Positions 52,201 through 63,646 are shown, counted from the first letter of the whole stretch. The stretch: DNA of 63,910 nucleotides, filler included, from Lenisia limosa (GCA_001655205.1; 7 parts of 7 records of this genome joined end to end with filler, not necessarily neighbours in it), one strand, 5' to 3'. Notes: generated from the letters alone by a model not told the origin. Numbers and translations are program-made.

Positions 52201-55200
52201 GAACAATGTAGAGACATGAAGGCCCCTCGGCTCACTATCGGCTTGCACAGTGGACCGGTCACGGCTGGATTGATTGGTAAAGTCAACTCTCGTTATCTGC
52301 TCACTGGTGTGCTGGGATGGCATTGAAGGCTCTTCGTATGATTTATCGAGTTGTATAGGATGACATGTTTTTGATAACGCTTTCCTTCATAACTGCTGAA
52401 TGACATACGGCTGGTGGTGAATGATGCTGCAACAGTCAATTATAGCCAGTTCACATCTTTTTTGGTTCCATAAGAGAGCTCTCATCTCATCTTCAAGGGG
52501 ACACCATCAACACGGCGGCGCGATTCCAGACCTCCTGTCAAAGAGGCCACGTGCATGCGTCTGAGACCACTGTCGACCTTATCATGAGAGATAGTGGGGG
52601 GTTAGTTTTAAAAGATTATCTGGCTCCTTCTTTTATGATTAGACATTTCCATAATTAGTTTGCTCTTTCGTTAGAATATTCTTGTGAAGAGTAAGGCAGT
52701 TCCCCGCTTCTGTACCTTGCTAAATTTGGATTCTGATTTGTTTTCTCATTCTTTCAGGGGCCTTTATCATCAAAAGACGCAAAATGATTGACTTGAAGGT
52801 TTGCTCTATTTTTCTGATCTGTTGTCGATCTTTTCCTTGCAACATATTTAGTTCTTTTTAATGCCAATCATCCCCCTTTGTTTGCTCACCCACGTCCTTC
52901 CTCTGCTGTCTATCTCAATACTGTCAAGACCAATGGCAGTACCATTTCCACCTCTCATGGACTAGGGAAAGGGATTTGTCAAGGCCTTTTTCATCTTCTC
53001 TGCCAATGACCCTAATGACCAGACCAGTGAATGCTCTGAACAGTAAGCGGCCACATGCCTTTGGTCACTGTCGAAGTCATTAATAAACGGCAAAACCAAC
53101 CTGTGTCTTTTGTGGACTGTAGAAAGCCTCTATGTAATCATTTTACTGAAATATCTTTGTTGTATAGTAGCTGCTGGTTCTTTTAGATCCTAGTTTAATA
53201 GAGAAAAGTGACTGAAGTCCATCATGTTCTAACCTGTCCAACCACAGTCATAGCTTCATGTCACTGAGCCAGGCCTCGTCCAATCGAAGTCTTCCGGGAA
53301 TGACAAAGCTCACGTCTTACTCGCAACTTGAAGAAGGTTGGCACTCCCTTCTCCCTCAAATTATTATCAACACATCATCCTTGTACAGTGATTGCTTTCT
53401 TTGATTGGCCGCGATTGCTTTCCTTAATTGTTCAGCTGGACTGCCTCGACCCACTTCAATTCTGAAGCCGAAGTCCTCGTAAGTAGGGGTAATGACTACG
53501 CTTTCACTTTGACTGAAAGGACTACTTTGAAGATTATTATTAAACTTCCTCACGATGTAGTACCAAGTCCACACCAAAACTCCTGCCGAATTCCAATATC
53601 CTTGAAGACGCAATTGTGGTCCAGCCAAACGCCTACGAACGGTGGAGGGAGGGAGCAAAACGTCTCTTTTTTGTTAAACATGAGACCTTGCATTTTTGAA
53701 CTTGGAACATAGAACCATACACAGCCCCTGGCTTTTTCTCTTTTGATGATGTCTATGATATAAGCCTCTCCACCAGTTGACCGCATTTAGAAGCGGAAGT
53801 GGCCTGGCAGAAGGCGGCGAAATCGATATCAAAAAGGGACGGTCAGGCAGCCTCCTCTTCAACCCCTCACGTCTCAGCTACGCCAGGTCTGTGCGGATGG
53901 GAAGGGGTTTTTTCAAGTATACTGTCAAATTTAGTGAAGGTAGCACTGCATCCCCCAAGTCTCCCCACCCNNNNNNNNNNNNNNNNNNNNNNNNNNNNNN
54001 NNNNNNNNNNNNNNNNNNNNNNNNNNNNNNNNNNNNNNNNNNNNNNNNNNNNNNNNNNNNNNNNNNNNNNNNNNNNNNNNNNNNTCGTTAATCTTTTTAT
54101 TGCCACGATTTTGATCAATTTAACAGACGCGAGGCGATCTTGACCCGCATGGTGGAGGTAACGCGGATGTGGCTCTTCCGCCCGTCAGCCTTCCGCGTCT
54201 CACAGTACACAAAGGTGGGGGAGGAACAAAACAAAATGGGTGACTTCAGTTCAGTTCTGATCAATCGAGAAGAAAGTAGATCAACTATTCGTTTCTTAAA
54301 ACTGTTATCAAGCAAGGGTTTTATTGTGCATTTTTGATCGCTTTGGTCAGTCCTTGTCCCAATATCTCCATGAGTGGTCGGTTTCATTGACATTCCAGAG
54401 ACCGCGCTTTGTGTCGAATATCAACTCAAGCTTCAAACTGACTCCCATCTTCCTTCACTTTGCCAACTCGAGAATATCGGTGGGCTGCCTCATGGACAAA
54501 AATGGACTTATCCTTGACAGTATTTCCTTTGAAAATAATTTACAATTTCTTATCCAACCCTGACCAAGAAAAGGTCTGAGCCCCTTTTAAGATATTACCA
54601 CTGAAATGATGGCAGATCTTATCCTGGTTACTGTATCTTTCGGATCATATCTGCCTTATCCAGTATCAATCCACCCACACCACGAATTTATCCCATTAGG
54701 AGCTCCAGCATTTAGACAGCCAAAAGCGCCAGAGATCTTCTATTCTTATTGCCACTGCCATCATCAGCGTTCTCTTTATAGTAAGTAGTCTTCACAAGAG
54801 CTCGTCTTCGAGTTGATATTTACTTTTTCATACACAGCATTGTTCCCCATATACTCTCTGTTTCATCGTGATGGGATACGGTGCTGNNNNNNNNNNNNNN
54901 NNNNNNNNNNNNNNNNNNNNNNNNNNNNNNNNNNNNNNNNNNNNNNNNNNNNNNNNNNNNNNNNNNNNNNNNNNNNNNNNNNNNNNNNNNNNNNGAGTTG
55001 ATTTTGGCTTTTTTGTTTCATAATTTTTTGTTTCTAGTTTTACTCCCCCAGTTTGCGACCTATGATATTGGCAGTCGAGTCAACGACTACTTTGTTTGGT
55101 TCCTTCTCACGTGCATTGGAGCATCTCTCGTCACACAGCTCGTCATTGTGTTCCCTTCAAACAACAAGAAAAAGTTGGCTTGATGCTTTTTCGTCTGGAA

Positions 55201-57421
55201 ACCTGGCTGTTTTGGAAATCAAGAGTACCATTTAGTTGATATATGGGGGGGGGGGGGGNNNNNNNNNNNNNNNNNNNNNNNNNNNNNNNNNNNNNNNNNN
55301 NNNNNNNNNNNNNNNNNNNNNNNNNNNNNNNNNNNNNNNNNNNNNNNNNNNNNNNNNNNNNNNNNNAGTAGCATTGTAAGATCTGATGATCTCACCGCCC
55401 ACTGACCAAACAGGGGGAACCTGCTTCTCATGACATTCCTCCTCAATGTCTTCTTCATTGTCGTTACCAAAACCTTACAGTTTCGTCTACACGACATTGT
55501 GGGGGGAGCAAGATGACATGCTCTTTTCCATCACAGAGAGTAATAATGTTCTTGATTCACGAAACCTAGGATGAAATCGGCTTCGCTGAGGAAAACCGGC
55601 CAGTTGAAGAGAACTCTTACTCTTGGGATGTATGAGGTGTTGAAGAGAACTCTTACTCCTGGGATGTATGAGGTGTTATTCCGGCTTGGGATGATGAGAG
55701 GTTATTCCGGCATGATCACTGATCAGTAAAAATATTGATTATAATTGTTCATGCTCTGTTTGAGTTTGACTACACGTGATTATTACTTTGACGCAATGTT
55801 CTTCATTAACATTTCCTTCACCCCTCCCCGATTGTTAACCTCCCGTAGGTAATGGTTCTGATAGCACTGGTGCACATAGCAAGCCCCACAATTCTCAAGT
55901 CCCTTATTCTGCTCTTCCTCATCGTTTCCTCTGAAGCATTTATACTCTTTTGGATAAAGGTATTGGAATAGATCATATGATTTGTTATTGGCATCACCGT
56001 TTTCAGAAGGAAGCTAAATTCTCTCACATTATTCTTCACAAACTTAGGCCGACATGACCCTCTCTTTTGTGCGAATTATGACGTTCATATATCTCTGTCT
56101 GCCCATCGTAACCCTGAGGTAAGGTATTCTTTCAGCATATTCAATACCTATGTGTAGGGCTTCATGTCGGTTCGAAAAAGACTGGTAAAATATCGATAGT
56201 TTTCGAGGATCGAGAAATTCAGTCTTTTTCGAACCGAAGTGAAGCCCTACCTATGTGTTCTGTTTTTAATGTTGTCAGTCAAATCACCTTTTTCTTCTTT
56301 CTTCTGTTCCATGCCCATTATACCCCAGGTACTTGAACGAAAAAGACTCTCGGAGGCGATTCATCATTTCGGTCACCCTATTTGAGGAAAGGCTTCGAGC
56401 GAGTGATGTTCTGTTACTAATGTTACCAGTTCATGTAAGCCCCAGGGGAAATTGTAGAGTTTATCTTTATTTTGTTCCTACAATCCCCTTTGTCTTAGCC
56501 TATGCTTATCCCCTACAGGTAGTTGAAAGGACCCTTGCCAAGTCCACCCTGACCAACTCGGCTGATTTGCCGCTACTTGCTGACCACTTCGCCTCGGTTT
56601 CAGTGCTGCAGGTCTGGGGGGGGGGGGGNNNNNNNNNNNNNNNNNNNNNNNNNNNNNNNNNNNNNNNNNNNNNNNNNNNNNNNNNNNNNNNNNNNNNNNN
56701 NNNNNNNNNNNNNNNNNNNNNNNNNNNNNNNNNNNNNNNNNNNNNNNNNNAGACGTTTGCAACTTCACGAGCCTCTGTGAAACACTCTCAACTGAAAAGG
56801 TGGGAATGGAGATGTCAAAAGTCAGGAATGAGGGAAACACTCTTCCTTGGAACCTCCGTTAGGTCTTGTTTGTTACATGAGAGCGTGACATTATGATTTC
56901 TTATGAATTATAACGAACTTATCGTTTCATAGGTGTGTCTTTGGCTCAATATGATCTACGCCATGATGGAAGACCTCCTCGAAGTTCACGACATCAACAA
57001 ACTCTACACTGTGGGGTAGTGAGTTTGACGATAGCGGGCCTCCAGCCAATGATTTTTTTTTGTTCAGTTTCCTTCGACAAATTCACCACCCAGGTTGGCG
57101 ATGCTTTTGTCGCGTGTGGTGGTCTGCCCGGCTCCTCGCCCGACCATGGGGTGGCTACATGCGCCTTTGCTCTCGCTGTCCTGGCTGGCCTACAGGATAT
57201 TGAACCAGCTCTGCGCGGCTCTGGGCTGCCAGAAGTGGGGGGGGGCAGCTCATCTAAGTCTTTTCAATATGATATGATGACCACGCTGACATTCACACCC
57301 TTTTTAATCAACAAATCACGCCTATGGGTTTATAATAATGCTCACAGTCAAAAGGTGATTTCACACACAATATCAGTAGTAGCCATACGTTCACCCCCAT
57401 CCCCTCCCCCCTGCGGTGCTG
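49209..57421 (+). CDS. Class III membrane nucleotide cyclase with two TM blocks and two catalytic domains, predicted guanylyl cyclase; 3'-truncated at the contig end
   Basis: C1: EFFPATTVGFFGVENYS / LNSTFQNIDEIILQHGVYK-VENVRE / GLHSGPVTAGLIGKVNSRYLLTGDTINTAARFQ / IDLKGKG (51330-53000). C2: LLLMLPVHV..SVSVLQ.DVCNFTSL / INKLYT-VGDAFVACGGLP (56330-57236). Hydrophobic exons precede each domain. Confidence 0.85.
54868..55051 (+). repeat. Intronic hairpin repeat family A, copy 3 (interior lost in an N gap)
   Basis: gtgatgggatacggtgctg[N]gagttgattttggc...ttttactccccag. Confidence 0.75.
55603..55716 (+). repeat. 36-bp tandem duplication spanning a 5' splice site, followed by a shorter duplication
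   Basis: gttgaagagaactcttactc(t/c)tgggatgtatgaggt x2, then gttattccggc x2. Confidence 0.85.
56155..56249. mobile_element. hAT-type MITE (95 bp) in a cyclase intron
   Basis: TIRs TAGGGCTTCA..TCGGTTCGAAAAAGACTG / CAGTCTTTTTCGAACCGA..TGAAGCCCTA; perfect 8-bp TSD CCTATGTG at 56147-56154 and 56250-56257. Confidence 0.85.
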
Positions 57422-57521
57422 NNNNNNNNNNNNNNNNNNNNNNNNNNNNNNNNNNNNNNNNNNNNTTAATTAATTAANNNNNNNNNNNNNNNNNNNNNNN
57501 NNNNNNNNNNNNNNNNNNNNN
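57422..57521. other. Artificial contig-joining spacer
   Basis: 44N-TTAATTAATTAA-44N. Confidence 0.95.
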
Positions 57522-57818
57522 TCAGAAGAGGAAGGGAAACTCAAACTCAGAAATATGCTGGATCCGTCTTTCTTGAGTTATTTGTGCTTGTTAGATGTAC
57601 ATGTAATTCCTTGCAGAAGATGATTTACACACCACACTTTGTATCCGGTGTTTTTATTTCGTGACCATAACTGGTGTTTTAACCGAGCCAAAAGCCTTTC
57701 GGTCACCACCTCTTCGGGCTGAAGGGTTGGTATATTATATCATGTGCGCAGAAATATTCCAGTCAGCTTTCTTTTTTTTCTTTCTTTTTTTATCTCTATA
57801 ATCCGTTCGCAGGTTTAG

Positions 57819-59262
57819 CGAACTTCCGGATCCCCTCAGTGTGCTGTCCTATCACATCTACTGTTTCTATACCAACTCCTCTAATGGCGACCCAAGGTAG
57901 GGGATTTTGAAGTTAGTTTAGTTACTCTAGTTGACAATCAAGCCCAATATCGTTTCTACAGGCAAATAGAATCATCAAGCCAAGCCTCTTTTTCAATGCT
58001 ATTGCTGCATGTAGAATCTACTAATTACAAAATTTTCACATAAATTTAGGTCGAAATTCCTCTGTGAGACCATGAAAGACTTTTTCTTCGAGCAGGAAAT
58101 GCACGTCATTGTAAGTACATTTCAATCATTGTATTAATAGCGGTGATGTAACATGCAATATGAGCTGATTTGATTGAAATTCAACATTTTTTTGTGTTGA
58201 CACTGAATTTAGAAGAAGCTTGGCATCCCCGGGTTTCTAACTGAATTTGGTGCCACATCAGACAGCGGAATTGCGGTGGAAACTCTTCAGGACCTCTTAG
58301 ATCATGGTACGGATTGACTGCAAATTCCTTGATTCCCATTTCTTAACAATAGACTTCATAACCCTTCAGCTGAGAAGCACCGTCAAAGCTGGACGTGGTG
58401 GCAGTTCAAGTTTTTCAATGACCTCACTACCGCCTCAGGTTAGTAGGCGAATATTTGGTTAACATTTCCTTCTTCTGAATAAAGTAATCAAGCAAAATCG
58501 TGATAATGTATAATATAAAGATATGGCTTTTATACCTTTGCAGATGCAGCTGAGTCCTTTTATGATACGAACGGACACCTCCAAACAGAGAAAGTGGTGG
58601 TATGATGGAGTTCGTATTTTCTTTTGTTTTGACTACTACCACCCCACAAAAATATATTACCCAAGATCAGTAAACAGCTATGTTGGTTGGGTTTTTTTGG
58701 CTTACTAATACATTTTCTCGACTCCAAGTGTACCCCCAGAAATTCTTCACATCTAATATGTAGGCGTTAAGTCGCCCCTACCCTTCTTCAGTTGCTGGTG
58801 AACTCCTGAAATTTGAGACCAACCACAAGGAAAGAACCTTTACTGCCACCATTGTTGTATGCTGGCTTTTTTTATGATTCTCTCCAGCTATTTTGTCAAT
58901 TGTTTTTTTTTTTCCCTAACTCATTTGTTGTACTCAAATGAACGGCTTTTGGGCTGACGAATATCTTGAGTGGGTGTGTTTCAACATGAATATTACTGAT
59001 GTTTGCAGCCAAGCACAGCTGATTGGGTCACTATTATCAAGGCACCAAAGAGTAGGAGGAGTTATACCCACCCATATCCAAATTTTNNNNNNNNNNNNNN
59101 NNNNNNNNNNNNNNNNNNNNNNNNNNNNNNNNNNNNNNNNNNNNNNNNCCCAAAGTAACAATAACCCCTGAAGGGGCAGGAAGCCCCGGTCTCCCCGAGG
59201 GTGAGGTCCGATTCCAGTCAGACCACCCCGGAATGGAGGTGACTATTGATGTCACGTGCTAA
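57819..59262 (+). CDS. Glycoside hydrolase family 5, endoglycoceramidase-like (C-terminal half)
   Basis: Exons: FSELPDPLSVLSYHIYC, KKLGIPGFLTEFGA (nucleophile Glu), QSWTWWQFKFFNDLTT, ALSRPYPSSVAG...FTATIV, ...VTIDVTC*. Confidence 0.8.
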
Positions 59263-60394
59263 CGCTGTCTTGTGTGGAGGGGTTTTTTTATTATATGATA
59301 TATTGTTTCAGCTCTACCCAGGAATTGTTTCGGATATAATAATATCATATTCAGTTGTTCCTCTAAACAAAAATGTATAGTTTTTTCTGCCACTTTTGTT
59401 TCCCTATTGTTTTTAATGGGTCAAAATGGAATTATACTATCCATTGAAAGATAAGTTACATTATTTCACAGAATTACTCAGCGAATCCAAATCTACGATA
59501 GTAAGAATTATGGGAACTGAGATCGATCGTAATAATTATGGGACCGAGGAATAGAAATGATTTCGCCTCCAAATAAGACAGCTAAAGAAAAGGGAAAGCA
59601 CCTTCGTCGCCCTTGTTGCGCCCTCTCACCTGAATAGAATATTTTGCCTCGGTAAGTGAGCGTAGTTGACCCCCCCCCCCCCNNNNNNNNNNNNNNNNNN
59701 NNNNNNNNNNNNNNNNNNNNNNNNNNNNNNNNNNNNNNNNNNTGAGAAACAGATGCCGATTCACTGAAAGGTGAGAGGTAGAGAGAAAAATGAGAAATAA
59801 AAACGAGATGGCCAAAGTTGTTCATGTCATCACGTATGTAAGAGGTATTGCTGACAGTATAACTGTAATTCAGTAATACTAATAATACATGATCTTTACT
59901 ATACGTAGAGATGAGAAATAATTCGGTAGATAGTCATTGTTTTGATAGTGATATACACAAAAAAATAACTGCCAGAAGATGTGTATGATTTCCTACCACT
60001 CACTAATTATTTCTCATCTCTACAAAGCAGTATATATGGTGTATAATTATGTGTTAATACGGTGGGAATAGTCCCACTGTCAGGCGCAATAAAAGACATT
60101 AGAGACGTGATAAATGGACCAGTATTGCTATAACGTGTGTACGTGGCGACAAGGCAAAGCAACAACATATCCATGCTTACTGATATGTAGCAAAATAGAA
60201 ATCAGAGACTTCGACAACTTTTGACATATGGGACTGCATTATGAGAGGAAAGATCAAAGTTAAGTCATATTTTGACAAGCAACGTATTATACTGTAAAAA
60301 TTTATAATATGTAATATTTATGTACATATCATATTATATACTGTAAAGATAATGTTATGCGGTATATATTGCATATAAATTATGGATGCGATCG

Positions 60395-60975
60395 TTCAGT
60401 CTCAAAAAAAGATGTCCCTCAGTCTCAAAAGGAAATATTCATTCTGTCTCAAAAGTTGGATGTCGTCGAAGAAACATCCCATTTTCCAATGGTGTCTCAG
60501 CCTAAAAAAAACACGTCACTCAGTCTCAGAAAAAAAAAGTTGAAACTCTTCAACCCAAGCAATCAGAAGACTGCGCGTCCGTGATGCTCTGTCATTGTGT
60601 GGAATGTATTTATCTAGATGCTTAATGATGTGTCTTTCTCTCCCAACAACAACACAAAAACAAAGAATAAAAACACAAAAAAGAAGAAAGAAGCTGAATA
60701 CGATTGATTTCTTATCATTAAGAAAATATAATGATAAAAGGGAGGAGGAAGAAGAAGAGGATTTAGAGGAGAAATGAAAGAGTGAGATTATCTTACGTTT
60801 TGTTTTTGACTGTTATCATCAAAACACTGAAACATCCAGCACTCACCACAGCAGCAGCACACTTGTGATGAGACAGAAGGAGACATGAGGAGCAAAAAAA
60901 AAGAGACTGAGGATCCCTTTTTGAGACTGAGTGACCTCCCTTTTTTGAGACTGGAGGACCTTTTAGACTGGAGGA
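60395..60975. repeat. Modular CAGTCTCAAAA motif arrays in inverted orientation
   Basis: About 5 copies of (c)agtctcaaaa at 60396-60535 and about 4 of ttttgagactg at 60900-60975. Confidence 0.7.
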
Positions 60976-61337
60976 CCACTCTTATCAATTATACTAAATA
61001 CAGATTACTATACAAGTAAGAGACCCCTCACCGTGCCTCCAGTCGCGCTGTTTATTTGAGCCTTTTGTGCAAAAGATGTAGTGGCGAAAACAGAATTTGA
61101 AGCAGAGGTGGCAGTGAATTGCCGGGCTAATTTGTAAAGATTTAAAAGTCTCATTGAGTTTTGAGGCAAACAAAAGGTTTGGGTGAAAAGATTTGGGTAA
61201 ATTCAAATATTGTCAAGTAAAATACTTTTTGTATGTAGTATGTCATGTATACTATACTATATAATAATACATAATATATAGAATAATATATCAAAAGATA
61301 TTAATAATAGTTTGGGTGTTTATGCATACGTTCACAG

Positions 61338-61437
61338 NNNNNNNNNNNNNNNNNNNNNNNNNNNNNNNNNNNNNNNNNNNNTTAATTAATTAANNNNNNN
61401 NNNNNNNNNNNNNNNNNNNNNNNNNNNNNNNNNNNNN
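61338..61437. other. Artificial contig-joining spacer
   Basis: 44N-TTAATTAATTAA-44N. Confidence 0.95.
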
Positions 61438-61616
61438 ACACCCCCCCCCCCTTTCTTTTTTTTTAAAAAATATACTATATCATATGAGATAATTATATAC
61501 TATATGATATGTAATTATGTATACTGGTTATCACAAGTAATAGTAATTATATCATACTAGAAATTAGATTAGTGAACTATTTGTAGTACTGTGATTAACA
61601 ATAAAGAAAAACACCA

Positions 61617-62737
61617 ACCTGAATCCAGCGTCCCTGGGAAGGGCCTGGATAACATTGGGGACTGAGACGCGACTCGCAAACTCGTTCATCGCATTAATCG
61701 TCTCCACCTCTCCACCAGGAAAACTGCGGGGGTGAAAGAAATGCGGCTTGTCTAAAAATGGGGTGACTCGTTAAAAAAACATCAGGAGTTGCAACCTTTT
61801 ATTTTTGAATACCACTTTTATCACTTTTTATTTTTTAACTACAGACGTTGCCACCCCCTTTTAAGATGAGCCAGAAAGTGGGGTAGTCTGTGAGTTAATA
61901 ATACAAATCCACATCATTTTCCCCACATCAGGGGAGAAAAAACACATGATACATCGACACAGGTGATCACCAAGTCTGTAAACAGGAAATCCGCCAGGAC
62001 GCTACAAACCTAGTCACAGTCATGTCAGCGGTATTGAAGCCGCCAATACTGGCGGTACGTGCTCTCTGAATGGTCAGAAACTGAATTTCCAAATAAATAC
62101 TCAAAAACTAACGATATTTTATCGGTCATATACATACTGAAGTGAAGCTTTATACATTAGGAATTTAGGAAAACAATTAAATATATAGGGGGTACCCTCC
62201 ACCCCAAATATACCAGACAATTCCCCCCCCCCTCACATGGGTATCCTGAAGCCTGCGAGTGAACACTGCGCAAGTTGAGCCACAAAGGCCGTCAGTTAGT
62301 ACCGTGACCTACGGGGGAAATTACGAACGACGTTACGTTGGCTAAGATTTGAATCTATAGGGAGATTTTAATGAAATAGTTGAACCTTGGATCAAACCAA
62401 GAAATTCAAGAATACAATGGTGACTAGGGTATTCCTTTATTCGATATTGACGTTTCATTGAGCCCAGCATTTTACCTGGTCAGCCGAAGGGGATTTTGAG
62501 TACGGTGGAGCCCAGTAGGTGTAGGCGTAATTGCAGTTCTCCTAAAGACGTTATGCTGCAATGGCAATAAATATCAATATTTTACCGGTCTTTTTCGACT
62601 TCCCAAAGCTAATAAACTTGGAACCCCTTTTCTCCCCACGCTAATAAACTTGGAAAAGGGCGCAGATACGCCGCCGCGTTTCCTCATCGTTGGAATGGCA
62701 AACGAAACGTCCGTATAGGGCTTGCCTGTGGACGGGT
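61617..62737 (-). CDS. Peptidase S41-like protein, internal/C-terminal fragment
   Basis: Exons: PSTGKPYTDVSF...RGGVSAPFS, YWAPPYSKSPSADQ, VTVLTDGLCGSTCAVF (resembles the eukaryotic S41 ILTDG.C.STC motif), RTASIGG, FPGGEV. Confidence 0.6.
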
Positions 62738-62837
62738 NNNNNNNNNNNNNNNNNNNNNNNNNNNNNNNNNNNNNNNNNNNNTTAATTAATTAANNNNNNN
62801 NNNNNNNNNNNNNNNNNNNNNNNNNNNNNNNNNNNNN
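62738..62837. other. Artificial contig-joining spacer
   Basis: 44N-TTAATTAATTAA-44N. Confidence 0.95.
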
Positions 62838-62866
62838 CTACTCCATAACATACTCACCCATTTCAG

Positions 62867-63381
62867 GTGGAATTTGCCATTGAATCATCGCATGTTCGAT
62901 ACACGCTCATTTCTCGAAGGTTGGACTAGGGCTTTACTCCAGTCCGAAAAAAAAGACTGATTTTATCATAAATCCTCGATATTTTACCGGTCTTTCACCC
63001 CCTCCCCGCTACTCCCTTCTCCCAACAACTCACGCTGGTGACCCCCCCTCAGGTTAATGTAATAACATAAACAGTACGCCTGGGCTNNNNNNNNNNNNNN
63101 NNNNNNNNNNNNNNNNNNNNNNNNNNNNNNNNNNNNNNNNNNNNNNNNNNNNNTGGTTTTATGAAGTTTTCAATTTTACGAGTGATGGAATGCGGTGCTG
63201 CAGATGCGACTTTGTTTTGTTGTTATCAACTCTTGTGTGTTGTCAGCCAACAGAGTTGATTTTGGGCTGTTTTGTTTCCACTTTTACCTCCAGGTCACGG
63301 CATTACGCGGGCACGCGCTATCTCAAAAGAGGCGTAAATACAGAGGGCAAAGTTGCCAACGAGGTGGAAACAGAACAGATC
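62867..63381 (+). CDS. FIG4: SAC-domain phosphoinositide phosphatase (FIG4-like), two exons
   Basis: 62867-62919 + 63294-63381 splice to [36 protein letters not shown], the SAC-domain signature in its FIG4-type form. Confidence 0.8.
62927..62995. mobile_element. Degenerate copy of the hAT MITE (partial copy also at ~62576-62599)
   Basis: tagggctttactccagtccgaaaaaaaagactgattt...cgatattttaccggtcttt aligns to the reverse complement of 56155-56249. Confidence 0.7.
63182..63293 (+). repeat. Intronic hairpin repeat family A, copy 4 (FIG4 intron)
   Basis: gtgatggaatgcggtgctgcagatgcgactttgttttgttgttatcaactcttgtgtgttgtcagccaacagagttgattttgggc...ttttacctccag. Confidence 0.9.
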
Positions 63382-63591
63382 GTAGGGGGGCGTGATTTAT
63401 TCTCTGTAAATAATCAACTCAACTTAATTTTGTAGACACTACTACAAGAATAATAGGTACAATACACGGGGCATTGGTCAGACCAAAAATTAGTTTGACA
63501 GTACTAAAAGAAATGTTGTTTTTTTAGGAAATTAGTCAAATCTAAAAATTTAATAGATTGTCCAACTTCTACTCAATCAAGTATCATATAA

Positions 63592-63646
63592 TAGAGCAGT
63601 AGGAATAAAAATAGTTGTATCTGCCCGAAACCGTCCACCATAATGC
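63592..63646 (+). repeat. Intronic repeat family B, copy 3 (diverged)
   Basis: tagagcagtaggaataaaaatagttgtatctgcccgaaaccgtcc..ccataatgc. Confidence 0.6.

Noticed and set aside
55603-55716. CRISPR-like array
   Set aside because: Only two adjacent units with no spacers, in a eukaryotic intron context.
62714-62737. TAGGGCTT as another hAT TIR
   Set aside because: It is the antisense of an S41-like coding exon (GKPYTD), with no further TIR similarity.
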